A stretch of DNA of 47,773 nucleotides from a phage. The notes under the pieces were generated by a model. It had not been told where the DNA came from. It ran no database searches and saw only the letters and a list, made by a program, of their open reading frames with translations. This document shows positions 1 to 10,516 of this stretch, in pieces; position 1 is the stretch's first letter; each line of letters opens with the position of its first letter. Location: assembly GCA_036604865.1 (NCBI GenBank), contig GCA_036604865.1_4856.1, one strand, 5' to 3'. The translations under genes and the position numbers were made by a program.

Positions 1-72
1 CGTAGCTTAATTGGTTAAAGCAACCGACTCATAATCGGCTGATTGAAGGTTCAAATCCGTCCGTGTCCACCA
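1..72 (+). tRNA. 3-prime 72 nt (including CCA) of the tRNA(CAU) whose full copy lies at 47642-47718; truncated by the window start
   Basis: Bases 1-127 are identical to 47647-47773; T-loop ggttcaaatcc and acceptor 3-prime strand cgtgtcc followed by acca are visible. Confidence 0.6.
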
Positions 73-77
73 AATTA

Positions 78-107
78 AAAGCCGCTTTATGCGGCTTTAT
101 TTATTTC
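78..107. terminator. rho-independent terminator after tRNA (hairpin agccgc-tttat-gcggct followed by T-rich run); also closes minus gene 101-475
   Basis: GC stem 80-96 followed by ttatttatttc; A-rich on the 5-prime side so it can act in both directions. Confidence 0.5.
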
Positions 108-475
108 ACGACCCGCAAAAGCAACTCATGCACAGGTCTTTTCTCTTCCGTTAACATCGGCCTACCGAGCGGCGCTTGCAACTGGATGTAGTTAACGCAT
201 GAATCAATCGGATGCGTCTTAATGTATTCGATAATCTCATTGGCTTTCGCATCGACATCAGCAACGTTGTACTGCCCATGTTTGCCAACAACATACAGCG
301 AGAAGTAGAAGTCACCACCGAGTCCATTCATAACCTGCGTGCCGCCATTGGTTTGCAGGACAATAAATTGCTCATTGCCATCTCCGGTGTCATTCCATAA
401 CTGCAACTGCGAAGTCCACCCATCATACAATCCGGCATCCTGAAGATATGCATCAACCAGTTCAAGTATATTCAC
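101..475 (-). CDS. putative tail terminator / tail completion protein (assigned by position only)
   Basis: 124-aa ORF, last minus-strand gene before the major tail gene across the window junction; no motif recognised. Confidence 0.4.
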   Translation of the reverse strand: MNILELVDAYLQDAGLYDGWTSQLQLWNDTGDGNEQFIVLQTNGGTQVMNGLGGDFYFSLYVVGKHGQYNVADVDAKANEIIEYIKTHPIDSCVNYIQLQAPLGRPMLTEEKRPVHELLLRVVK

Positions 476-870
476 AGTTTCATCTCCTTCTTAATTACGC
501 CATCAACCAGGTCTTTTGTGCGTTGCGCTGCTTTGGTCAGGAATTGTGGTTCACCACCCGGCGACCAGTGCGTGCCATTACCATTACTGCGTGGTTTACC
601 TGCAAGTTTACCGCTGGCATTGTGGACGTAAAGGGCATATTTCGCAGAGTAGCCAACCCTACCAGTGATTCGCGCCCCGCTAACTTCCACAGTATCAAAC
701 TGACTGTTAATCAGCGTTGATGTATCAATTGGCGTCAACGTGGCTGATTCGGTGCGGATGATGTATGTCGCCGATTTCAGAGCGCGAACAGCTTTCGTGG
801 CGATTATCTCATCCACAATCTGCGATGTTCTTTCTACGGCTTGCCGGATGCCACTTAATTTCGCTGGCAT
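472..870 (-). CDS. HK97 gp10-like neck / head-tail joining protein
   Basis: 132 aa; segment YALYVHNASGK...GEPQFLTKAA resembles the HK97 gp10 family signature; ATGA overlap with the downstream gene. Confidence 0.5.
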   Translation of the reverse strand: MPAKLSGIRQAVERTSQIVDEIIATKAVRALKSATYIIRTESATLTPIDTSTLINSQFDTVEVSGARITGRVGYSAKYALYVHNASGKLAGKPRSNGNGTHWSPGGEPQFLTKAAQRTKDLVDGVIKKEMKL

Positions 871-1217
871 TATGTCACCAGTGCGAAATCGGGCGGCTCA
901 TTTCTTTGAAAAGTGTTGCCATAGTTAATCACATTCAGAATCTGGTTTGCGCCAGCCGCCAGCGGGTCAACTTCTGCCACCGTGCCAATCATGATGTAAT
1001 CACCAACCTTCGCGCCAGTGTATTCTGTCCAGAAGGTATTCTTCTGCACAATCTCATTACCTTTCGCGTCGGTCGATATATCATCGTTAAAGCCATAATC
1101 GCACATGATGCTCACTGGCGCGTCAAAAGTAGGCTTTCCATACTTGTCCGTGCCGCTTTTGTGCCATATGGTGCATGGCTGCGTGTAGCTCCAGTTAGCC
1201 AGTGAAGTCATTTGCAT
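870..1217 (-). CDS. putative head closure / head-tail joining protein
   Basis: 115-aa ORF translationally coupled within the head-tail joining block; function by position. Confidence 0.4.
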   Translation of the reverse strand: MQMTSLANWSYTQPCTIWHKSGTDKYGKPTFDAPVSIMCDYGFNDDISTDAKGNEIVQKNTFWTEYTGAKVGDYIMIGTVAEVDPLAAGANQILNVINYGNTFQRNEPPDFALVT

Positions 1218-1600
1218 TTACTCCCACGCACAACCGCAAACCACGGCTTGCCGCTTCCGTCAGGGTCTTCAACCAAATCGCCAGTGCATCCGGCTGTATC
1301 CAGTAGTTTCATCTGATTGTACAACGCCACCCACGGCTTACTGCCATACGCGAATGATTGAGATGCGCCAGATGGTGCGCTCTGACTGGTAACGTAGCGA
1401 CCAGCGGTATTAGCGCTAATCAGGATTGAAGCCCACAACATGATCGCATTTTGTCGGCATTCATCGTTTGGATAGTTCAGCTCAAGGCATTCCTTGATTG
1501 ACTCCACAAGACACAGAATGCCAGACGCATCTGTTGTGGTGATAGTCATCCCGCGAGATGCCATCTGACTGACCAGTTCTTCAGGTGTTGGTGCTGTCAT
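1208..1600 (-). CDS. putative head-tail connector (adaptor) protein
   Basis: ORF track 1208-1636; internal Met (MTAPTPEEL...) at 1600 is the more likely start; position in joining block. Confidence 0.4.
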   Translation of the reverse strand: MTAPTPEELVSQMASRGMTITTTDASGILCLVESIKECLELNYPNDECRQNAIMLWASILISANTAGRYVTSQSAPSGASQSFAYGSKPWVALYNQMKLLDTAGCTGDLVEDPDGSGKPWFAVVRGSKCK

Positions 1601-1865
1601 TTCTCTTTGACTCCCGGACTTTCCACCACATTTCAAATAGATTCTTTATTACCAGAGACAGCGCACCTAGGATTGACGCTACTGCCGCCCACTCTGTCAG
1701 GCTGTGTGGAATCATGGCCTCAAAATAAGATTGCGTGACAGGTGTTTGCTCTGCGACTTTCAGACCAATGCCAGTGCCAATAGAAGCATACCCAGCCTTA
1801 TCAATCACCTGTCCTGTCGTCCCGCTTATAACTTGCTCTGCGGCCTGTCTTAGTGTTTCGTTCAT
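1581..1865 (-). CDS. hypothetical protein with C-terminal hydrophobic helix
   Basis: 94-aa ORF; hydrophobic stretch WAAVASILGALSLVIKNLF; weak ribosome-binding site. Confidence 0.35.
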   Translation of the reverse strand: MNETLRQAAEQVISGTTGQVIDKAGYASIGTGIGLKVAEQTPVTQSYFEAMIPHSLTEWAAVASILGALSLVIKNLFEMWWKVRESKRNDSTNT

Positions 1866-1897
1866 TGCGAGTCTCGCTGATAATATGTTTCCAGCAC

Positions 1898-2338
1898 TTA
1901 TAGATTTGAATCAGCGAAAAAACGATGGCAACCACGCCAAGAATAATGTCCAATTTCGCCACCCCATTTAAAAGTGATGGAAAGGATGAACAGATGGATG
2001 CCGATAATAATAAATGCGTACTGCGCATGAAGCGGCGTTTCTACAGGCGTGATAAATTCCCATACGAATGACTCTATCGCTACCAGCCATTCGTAAAGGC
2101 TCATCGTCAGCACGCAGAGCGCCATCTTTGTACTTTTGCGCAGCGCAATAGCCGGAAACGACCAGACCATAGACTGCGCAAGGTAATACAGATATTCGGC
2201 GGGAAATGAATCAACAAGCACCCATCCAAGATACACAGACATCACCATTGCCGGAATGAACACCAGAAACGCGACCATGCCTGTGCAGGCAAAACCAAGC
2301 ACATACATGATCATGATGGCAACGTCTGCGCCGAACAT
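1898..2338 (-). CDS. multi-pass integral membrane protein, function unknown
   Basis: 146 aa with at least four hydrophobic helices; start codon overlaps stop of upstream small ORF (TAATG). Confidence 0.5.
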   Translation of the reverse strand: MFGADVAIMIMYVLGFACTGMVAFLVFIPAMVMSVYLGWVLVDSFPAEYLYYLAQSMVWSFPAIALRKSTKMALCVLTMSLYEWLVAIESFVWEFITPVETPLHAQYAFIIIGIHLFILSITFKWGGEIGHYSWRGCHRFFADSNL

Positions 2339-2457
2339 TATTTTTTACCGCGCGATGGTGAACGGGTGGAGCCGTTTGGCTTCACTGCGCCAGTTTTGCC
2401 GCCAGTTTTGGTATTGCCAGTAGCGCGTGAGCGAGACGGACCGTTTGTTGAACCCAT
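2338..2457 (-). CDS. small basic protein (39 aa)
   Basis: Not in ORF track (<60 aa); strong SD caggagatttaaacATG; MGSTNGPSRSRATGNTKTGGK...; coupled to the membrane protein gene. Confidence 0.35.
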   Translation of the reverse strand: MGSTNGPSRSRATGNTKTGGKTGAVKPNGSTRSPSRGKK

Positions 2458-2504
2458 GTTTAAATCTCCTGTTGTTTGATTAGCATGATTTTAGCATATT
2501 CCTG

Positions 2505-2533
2505 TTGACGTAGATTGATGGGGCGTTTATAGT
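2505..2533 (+). promoter_or_regulatory. sigma70-type promoter TTGACG-17-TATAGT with TAGATTG motif abutting the -35 hexamer
   Basis: ttgacg at 2505-2510, 17-nt spacer, tatagt at 2528-2533; lies upstream of the plus-strand cassette 2575-4458. Confidence 0.55.
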
Positions 2534-2574
2534 TAGTGACGTAGAAACAACAATAAATGTTAGAGGTGATGAAA

Positions 2575-2748
2575 ATGGAAGGTGAAACAGAAGTTGTGGT
2601 TGTTGATGTTTTTTATCAAGCATCAGACGAAGGCATTCCAGCTCGCTGGTGCTGCGAGTTTATTCGCGATGGATGGACTGATTGTGAATATTTTGATAAC
2701 TCAGAAGATGCATATAACTATGCTTACTCACATGGATTTCAAGGATAA
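2575..2748 (+). CDS. small acidic Cys-containing protein
   Basis: ORF track 2557-2748; ATG at 2575 is best placed after SD agagg; first gene of the plus cassette. Confidence 0.45.
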   Translation: MEGETEVVVVDVFYQASDEGIPARWCCEFIRDGWTDCEYFDNSEDAYNYAYSHGFQG

Positions 2749-2751
2749 ACA

Positions 2752-3561
2752 ATGAAAACACTCAGCAAAATCTATTCAGACAAAGAAACGCGCAACGGCA
2801 TCGCTGTTAACAAAACCTATCTCGTGCCAGTGGAGCAAATATATCTGGAGCCGGGATACAACATCCGTGAAGCAGATGAGCAGCATGTGGAATATTTCGC
2901 GCAGTGCTGGGAATCAGGTCAGCCATTGCCAGCATTAACAGTTATTCCAGATGAGAAGGGAATCCGCATTCTTGATGGGCAGCATCGCTATCTCGGCGCA
3001 CTGCGTGCCATTGAGCGTGGCGCGCCAATCGCTCGCATTGAGTGTAAGGATTTCACTGGAGATGAGGCGGATAAAATTGCCTTCATGGTGTCATCCAGTC
3101 AGGGCAAGCAGCTTGACCCGTTTGAACGTGCAAAGGCTTACACGAGACTGAAAGGCTTTGGCTGGACGAATGAAGAAATCGCCAAGAAGGTGGGTCGTTC
3201 AGTATCTGACGTGCAGATGCATCTGTCACTGGGTGATGTGCCTGCGGAAGTAAAAGCGCGAATCAGTGCCGGGCAAATCAGCTATGCAAATGCCGTAGCA
3301 GTAACGCGTGAACATGGCGATGATGCGGTAAAAGTTATCGACGAGGCAGTCGAAGAGGCCAAAGCACAAGGCAAGGATAAGGTCACTGCAAAAGTGCTCA
3401 AGTCGAAAAAGATTAAGCCAGTAGACCGCCTGATTGAGTTATTGAAGCCAGCCGACCATGTAATTCTCCCCGCTGGTCATGTAGTGGCTGAGGACGAGGA
3501 ATTTATTCAGATTCCTGTTGCTGATATTCACGAGGTTATGGCAATTCTGGAGAAGATGTGA
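2752..3561 (+). CDS. ParB-like nuclease domain protein
   Basis: 269 aa; ILDGQHRYLGALRA matches the ParB N-terminal domain core (DGxHR); SD aagga upstream. Confidence 0.6.
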   Translation: MKTLSKIYSDKETRNGIAVNKTYLVPVEQIYLEPGYNIREADEQHVEYFAQCWESGQPLPALTVIPDEKGIRILDGQHRYLGALRAIERGAPIARIECKDFTGDEADKIAFMVSSSQGKQLDPFERAKAYTRLKGFGWTNEEIAKKVGRSVSDVQMHLSLGDVPAEVKARISAGQISYANAVAVTREHGDDAVKVIDEAVEEAKAQGKDKVTAKVLKSKKIKPVDRLIELLKPADHVILPAGHVVAEDEEFIQIPVADIHEVMAILEKM

Positions 3562-3752
3562 TGAGCAAGTATGAAGAGTTGGACTTGAAGATATTGCAAA
3601 TGCTTTCTGTTAAACCAACCCCTGTTTTTGATATATGGCTTAAGTTTCGTGATGATGTTAGAAACATTACGGTTATTGATCGGAGGATGCAGGTGCTGAA
3701 AAAGAAAGGTTTTGTGTACAACGTTCGTGGATGTGGTTGGGTTAAGCTATGA
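3558..3752 (+). CDS. hypothetical small protein
   Basis: 64-aa ORF with ATGA overlaps to both neighbouring genes. Confidence 0.45.
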   Translation: MMSKYEELDLKILQMLSVKPTPVFDIWLKFRDDVRNITVIDRRMQVLKKKGFVYNVRGCGWVKL

Positions 3753-3922
3753 CACCAGAACAATTCATCGAAAAACAACTTCGTGCCAAGCTGCCTGAAA
3801 TCGACCAGATGGCAATTGATGCGGCAATTCAGTATTACAAGCGCAATCAGAGCGCAAAGAAGGGTGGCATTTTTGAAGAATGCCTGAAGGTTGCAAAGCA
3901 ACACATGATTAAGGTGAAGTGA
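3749..3922 (+). CDS. hypothetical small protein (57 aa)
   Basis: Not in ORF track; fills the gap between 3752 and 3922 with start/stop overlaps on both sides; MTPEQFIEKQLRAK... Confidence 0.35.
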   Translation: MTPEQFIEKQLRAKLPEIDQMAIDAAIQYYKRNQSAKKGGIFEECLKVAKQHMIKVK

Positions 3923-4458
3923 TGAAACTAAAAATCAGCAAACTATTACTTGAATCAGCGTTAATATTTCAGGCGCGCAACGATATTCGTTACTATCTGA
4001 ACGGTATCTGCTTTATGCCTGATGGTCGCATTGCATCAACTGACGGTCATCGCGCATTTATTGGTTGCAGCCATGACAATACGCTGACAAAAAATGTGAT
4101 TATCAAGATTGGCAAATCTCCAACAAAACGCTATGACTACGCCATCATTGACACCAAGTCGAAAATTGCAACGTATCATGATGAAGCTGGCGTGATGGTT
4201 GGCGATGGTATCAGCGAAGAGATTGATGGCCGATTCCCTGACATTGACCGCGTGATACCAAAAGAAACGAAAGCAGCAGAGGAAATAGGATTCAATGCTA
4301 GCTACCTTGTTGATATTGAGAAAGTGGCGAAGCTGTTTAATCCTAAATTCTGTGGTGTCAAATTTGAACTGAATGGGAATACAAATGCCGCAGTTTGCTG
4401 TCTTAGCTCGCCATCTGGAGAGACTGCGAAGATTGTTGTTATGCCTATGCGTCTGTAG
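3922..4458 (+). CDS. hypothetical protein
   Basis: ORF track 3919-4458; ATG at 3922 overlaps the previous stop (TGATG); no domain recognised. Confidence 0.5.
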   Translation: MKLKISKLLLESALIFQARNDIRYYLNGICFMPDGRIASTDGHRAFIGCSHDNTLTKNVIIKIGKSPTKRYDYAIIDTKSKIATYHDEAGVMVGDGISEEIDGRFPDIDRVIPKETKAAEEIGFNASYLVDIEKVAKLFNPKFCGVKFELNGNTNAAVCCLSSPSGETAKIVVMPMRL

Positions 4459-4464
4459 CAATCA

Positions 4465-4490
4465 AAAGCCCCATCACGGGGCTTTTCTTT
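4465..4490. terminator. bidirectional rho-independent terminator (agcccc-atcac-ggggct plus T-run)
   Basis: Hairpin 4467-4483 flanked by A-run and T-run, between convergent genes ending at 4458 and 4493. Confidence 0.55.
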
Positions 4491-4492
4491 TA

Positions 4493-5323
4493 TCACGCCA
4501 GATAAGTATCATCCTCAAACCATGACACATATGCATTGATATTCTGCACCGAAGTATCCAGTGATGTTATGCGAAGCAAATACGTCGTATTTGGTGCCAT
4601 GATAATCTGCTCGCCGAGCTTCGCCTGCGAGTTACCCTGACCCTGATTCGATGCGTTGCCCTCACTGTACGTCGCCGCCACCGTCAGTTGCCCAATACTT
4701 GTGATCGTAGAGCCAGTCAGAAGCTGTGCCGTAACTGCCTGCGGCGTTATATCGTTTGGATTGTTAATCTCCGCCGCCGTACCGCCGGTGGCAACTGCGC
4801 CGCGATAAATTGACGCAACAACACCTTTCCCTGTATAACCAATGATGCGCTGGTTAAATATCACCTGTTTTGTTCCGGTGATAAAGATGCTGTCAAGGTT
4901 TGAGCTGCCAGCAACATCAGTTACTCTGCGCGATGCAGTGAATAGCTTTCCTTGCTTGTTAGCAAACTCTGCATAGGACTGCGCGACAACCTGACTTGAT
5001 GGTACTGATGTGGCAGATCGCCATACCAGGACTTTCAGGGATGCAATGCCAGCTGGTATTTGTGACTTAATCACCTTCAGTCGCAGCGCCACGCCATAAT
5101 AATTATTATTGTTGACGTCAATCCAGAAATCACCGGATGCAAACGGCGATACCATTACGGAAACGGAGCCGCTTGTTAATGGCTCATAGCCACCGGAAGA
5201 ATTTAGCGGCACAATTTGTACCTGCAATGCTGACCAGTCAGCTGACATGGTTTCGCTAAGCAAAACCTCTCCGTCATCCGGAGTTGCGTTTATTTCGTAC
5301 CTGACAGCCATAGAAACCCCCAA
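4493..5323 (-). CDS. putative virion structural protein
   Basis: 276-aa Ser/Thr/Gly/Val-rich ORF downstream of the capsid gene block; no catalytic motif. Confidence 0.45.
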   Translation of the reverse strand: MGVSMAVRYEINATPDDGEVLLSETMSADWSALQVQIVPLNSSGGYEPLTSGSVSVMVSPFASGDFWIDVNNNNYYGVALRLKVIKSQIPAGIASLKVLVWRSATSVPSSQVVAQSYAEFANKQGKLFTASRRVTDVAGSSNLDSIFITGTKQVIFNQRIIGYTGKGVVASIYRGAVATGGTAAEINNPNDITPQAVTAQLLTGSTITSIGQLTVAATYSEGNASNQGQGNSQAKLGEQIIMAPNTTYLLRITSLDTSVQNINAYVSWFEDDTYLA

Positions 5324-5348
5324 TAAAAAACCCGCATAATGCGGGTTC
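5321..5348 (-). terminator. rho-independent terminator on minus strand (cccgca-taa-tgcggg then T-run)
   Basis: Read on the minus strand the hairpin is followed by ttttttatt; lies between genes 5352-5549 and 4493-5323. Confidence 0.45.
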
Positions 5349-5351
5349 AGT

Positions 5352-5549
5352 TTACTCTGCTTTCTTTTTCTTTGTCGTCTTTTGTTGTGGGGTTGCTACT
5401 TCGAAAGACTTTTCCAGTTCTGGCATGACGCGCAGCTTTGACATCAGATGATCAGCAGGCTCCGTGATAACCTCGCCAAGCTGTAACTCACGAATCTTGC
5501 CTTTCTCTTTCACAAAGATTCCGCGTGCGATTACTTCGTATTTAGCCAT
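5352..5549 (-). CDS. hypothetical small protein with Lys-rich C-terminus
   Basis: 65-aa ORF in ORF track. Confidence 0.4.
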   Translation of the reverse strand: MAKYEVIARGIFVKEKGKIRELQLGEVITEPADHLMSKLRVMPELEKSFEVATPQQKTTKKKKAE

Positions 5550-5636
5550 TTAAATATCCCCATGAGTTAATGCTGGTTAATTGTAGCACACTAGTTACTA
5601 TCGTGGTAATATAAAACCAAATTAGGAGTGACTTTT

Positions 5637-6443
5637 ATGAAAACAAGAAAAGAAGCCGCGCAAGAAGCAAGGGTTGCTGGACTGAAGCAATTTGTGTGTG
5701 AATGGATTCCATGCTCCGTATGTGGTGGAACTGTGTTTTTTACAGCATCAGGCGGATGCAAGCATTGCGTATACGAAAGAACGAGAGCAAGAAGATCTAC
5801 TGCTGAATACAAAGAAAAGATGAAGCAGAAAAACAAAGAAGAGTGGTTAAAAAATAAAAACAACCCAGAATTCAAGGCTATTAAGAAAGAAAGAGATAGG
5901 GAGTTTCACAAGAAATACAAAAAAAGATTAAGCTCAGACATAAAAAAGATGGAGGAATTTCTCAGAAGAAGAAGGGATGCGTACCGTAAATGGTATTACT
6001 CTGAGAAAGGCAACAAAAAGGCTCTGGATAACGTCAAGCAATGGCAAAAGAAACACCCCCACCACGTGTTCCTAAGGAAGATGCTTGAAAGAATTGATGT
6101 GAGGTTGTCTGACGTTGCCATTGATAAAACCGTTGATGATGTGCTTGGTTATACAAAAAGTGATTTTATAAAACACATAGAGTCAACTATGGAGCCATGG
6201 ATGAGCTTTGATAATCGTAGTTGCTGGCATATAGATCACATACTTCCAGTGGACTGGTTTGTAAAAAACAACCTTGTCTACCCAGAACTGGTGAATTCAC
6301 TACATAACCTCAAAGCTGAGCCAGCAGAGTTCAACTGGAAGAAAAACAGGAAGTGGCTGCGCAAGGATATGACGCAATGGGAATTCTGCTACATGCTGCA
6401 ATATATGGTGTATGGTGAAATCAGGTATAAAGAAGGGGGCTAA
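5637..6443 (+). CDS. HNH homing endonuclease
   Basis: HNH core CWHIDHILPVDWF; N-terminal Cys cluster; ATG at 5637 after SD aggag; lone plus-strand gene inside the head block. Confidence 0.65.
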   Translation: MKTRKEAAQEARVAGLKQFVCEWIPCSVCGGTVFFTASGGCKHCVYERTRARRSTAEYKEKMKQKNKEEWLKNKNNPEFKAIKKERDREFHKKYKKRLSSDIKKMEEFLRRRRDAYRKWYYSEKGNKKALDNVKQWQKKHPHHVFLRKMLERIDVRLSDVAIDKTVDDVLGYTKSDFIKHIESTMEPWMSFDNRSCWHIDHILPVDWFVKNNLVYPELVNSLHNLKAEPAEFNWKKNRKWLRKDMTQWEFCYMLQYMVYGEIRYKEGG

Positions 6444-6454
6444 TACCCCCTTTA
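6431..6454. terminator. bidirectional terminator (ggggg-ctaata-ccccc)
   Basis: Hairpin 6435-6450 between convergent HNH and capsid genes. Confidence 0.5.
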
Positions 6455-6463
6455 AATTACATC

Positions 6464-7537
6464 TTAAGCCAATGGTGTTTGCGTCCCGTAACCATTAAAC
6501 ACTTTTGACTTCCCTGCAAAATCGCGTCTCACCTGAAGACCAAAAGCTGACCATACCATAAAGTTAAAGTTATCGTGCGGATTGTCACGGGCTGCCGCAT
6601 AGGTGGAAACAGGCTGAGCAACACGCGGACGGATGTACATGTCGTTGCGAACATAGCCAACGAAATGGTTGCCAGTCAGCAGGAAGTTGGTGCCAATCTT
6701 GCCGATGCGACCATTGCCGAACTGAGTGATGTACTGCTCAACCGTGCCGCCTTTGAAGCCAGCTGCATCAGAATACGGACGCATGAAGCTGCGACGTACT
6801 GCCGGGGAAACCCACAGAGTCACCTGCTCAAATACGTTCTGCGCATCCATAATAGCCTGGAAATCCTGATTGAAGAAGGTCACGATTTCGTCTGGCGTTG
6901 CGGTTTGCAGGTCGATATTCAGGCCGCCGGAAGCATTCAGGTTGACCTGAATAGTGTTCGGGTGGTTGGTGATACCGTAGCCAGTGTAAACGCCGTTCAC
7001 GTTCAGAGTCTGGTCGCCGGTCAGCAGATACTGCGCCATGTCAGAACGCAGGTTGAAGGTGACGTTGGCCTGATCGTCCAGCAGTGGGTCGAAGCCTTCA
7101 GACTGCATACCCAGCAGTTCGCGCCATTCGCGGCTGTAGCCAGTCTTGAAGATTGGAATCACATCGCCAGTGTAATCGTAGCGAGTTTTATCCAAATCTT
7201 CCGGTTCCTGACCAGACAGGGTGCGGACGACCTTACCAGCATCGGAAGCAATGCGGCTGATCGCCACAGTCTTACCGATATTGATGTTTGCCGCGATACC
7301 CATCAGGTCAGCCATCATATCCTGACCAGCTTCGTTGCGGAAAACGCGGGTGGTGACGTTGTCCACGTCGCGCCAGTAATCTTTCGTTACCAGCGCGGTG
7401 GCGTTAACACCGTAGGTTTTTGCCAGTTCGGCTTCTGCATTGCAGAACACTTTGCGGTCGATGGTCAGATGTTTCCACTGGTCAGCCACCACTGCGGAGT
7501 TGGCTACCAGGTCTTTGGTAAAAATAATCTTTTCCAT
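6464..7537 (-). CDS. major capsid protein
   Basis: 357-aa ORF with SD ggag, directly downstream of scaffold-like and decoration-like genes; size and position typical of HK97-fold capsid proteins. Confidence 0.6.
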   Translation of the reverse strand: MEKIIFTKDLVANSAVVADQWKHLTIDRKVFCNAEAELAKTYGVNATALVTKDYWRDVDNVTTRVFRNEAGQDMMADLMGIAANINIGKTVAISRIASDAGKVVRTLSGQEPEDLDKTRYDYTGDVIPIFKTGYSREWRELLGMQSEGFDPLLDDQANVTFNLRSDMAQYLLTGDQTLNVNGVYTGYGITNHPNTIQVNLNASGGLNIDLQTATPDEIVTFFNQDFQAIMDAQNVFEQVTLWVSPAVRRSFMRPYSDAAGFKGGTVEQYITQFGNGRIGKIGTNFLLTGNHFVGYVRNDMYIRPRVAQPVSTYAAARDNPHDNFNFMVWSAFGLQVRRDFAGKSKVFNGYGTQTPLA

Positions 7538-7539
7538 TA

Positions 7540-9419
<1,880 letters not shown>

Positions 9420-9435
9420 GGTTAACTCTCCACGG

Positions 9436-9558
9436 TTAGTTTGTGGTCGAATTATAACACAGGGAGATATAGCACCATGAGGCGGTAGCCAGTGCAAACA
9501 ATGGTGAGTCTGTGAGCGCGTATAGCGTGAGAAAGTAAGTGATAGGGATTATATTCAT
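9436..9558 (-). CDS. small hydrophobic peptide (40 aa)
   Basis: Not in ORF track; SD aggagg six nt before ATG; MNIIPITYFLTLYALTDSPLFALATASWCY... Confidence 0.25.
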   Translation of the reverse strand: MNIIPITYFLTLYALTDSPLFALATASWCYISLCYNSTTN

Positions 9559-9611
9559 GGGCTACCTCCTGATTAAATGATAGCAGCCCATGATGAACAA
9601 AAGATATACGG

Positions 9612-9760
9612 TGTTAGTCTGAAATCACATCATCCATGAATGCGAGCGCAGCACCTGACAGGCAGAACAGCGCGCCATAGCAAATCATCTGGTACAGAGT
9701 ATCAGCCTCAAATACCCTTGCGAATGCGTAGGCTGATAGTATCCACAGTAATGGAATCAT
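9612..9760 (-). CDS. small membrane protein (48 aa)
   Basis: Not in ORF track; ATGA overlap with gene 9757-9945; MIPLLWILSAYAFARVF... with a second hydrophobic segment. Confidence 0.3.
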
Positions 9761-9945
9761 GATCTACCCCTGTTTTCTTTGTAGAGTGCGTCGCAGATTT
9801 TTTGATACTCCCTCTGAAACCAGTCTATGTTCCTGTTGTAATCACTGCCTATTGCCTCAATCTTCTTTGTCGCCATTGCGCTTGCTGCATTAATCAATGC
9901 AACCTGAACCTCAATAGGCAGTTCTGGAAATTTTGGGCTGCTCAT
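9757..9945 (-). CDS. hypothetical small protein
   Basis: 62-aa ORF in ORF track; coupled to upstream gene. Confidence 0.4.
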   Translation of the reverse strand: MSSPKFPELPIEVQVALINAASAMATKKIEAIGSDYNRNIDWFQREYQKICDALYKENRGRS

Positions 9946-10268
9946 AACCCTGCCTCCTGCTTTGCGCGGTGAACGTATGACATAAACTTGCCAATCGGCA
10001 TCTCCTTGCGGATTTGCGCCAGAATAGCGCCGTGCAGCATCCTTTCTTCGCCAAAATACAGCTTATCAAGACGGGTTTTAATAAGTGCTCGCGTGCGCTT
10101 CATGTGGTCGCGTGCCTTAAGTGCTTTCTCATGCCATACGCGATCATTCTTCTTATCAGCATACTGCAGTTGACGATCGACAGTTTCGATTTCAAACGCC
10201 AGCTGCACGTCGTAATCTTCAAGCTGAATGATGTCTGCCTTCATAATGTCATTTAATTGGATAATCAT
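9942..10268 (-). CDS. hypothetical protein
   Basis: 108-aa ORF, charged, no motif recognised. Confidence 0.45.
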   Translation of the reverse strand: MIIQLNDIMKADIIQLEDYDVQLAFEIETVDRQLQYADKKNDRVWHEKALKARDHMKRTRALIKTRLDKLYFGEERMLHGAILAQIRKEMPIGKFMSYVHRAKQEAGL

Positions 10269-10516
10269 TTGCTTAACTCCTTAATGACTTCTCTTGCATA
10301 GCGCTGCGCATCACCGTAAGCGTTTGGTGTATATCGTGATGTCTCGTGACCAGCAAACCAACAATTTACAAGTAATTCTTTGATTTCCTGCTCTGTCAAT
10401 TTAATCATTTTGATTTCCTCCACTATCCACCCCATCTTTCTACGGTTACTGGCGATAAACTCATCCGATGTAATAAACAGAGTTCTGCCTGATTTATGCT
10501 TAATAGCCCATCTCAT
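10265..10516 (-). CDS. hypothetical protein
   Basis: 83-aa ORF; ATGA overlap with downstream gene. Confidence 0.45.
   Translation of the reverse strand: MRWAIKHKSGRTLFITSDEFIASNRRKMGWIVEEIKMIKLTEQEIKELLVNCWFAGHETSRYTPNAYGDAQRYAREVIKELSK

Noticed and set aside
1735-2028. Alternative ORFs (plus 1735-1971, minus 1801-2028) overlapping the membrane protein region
   Set aside because: They conflict with the 146-aa membrane protein frame, which has consistent hydrophobic periodicity and translational coupling.
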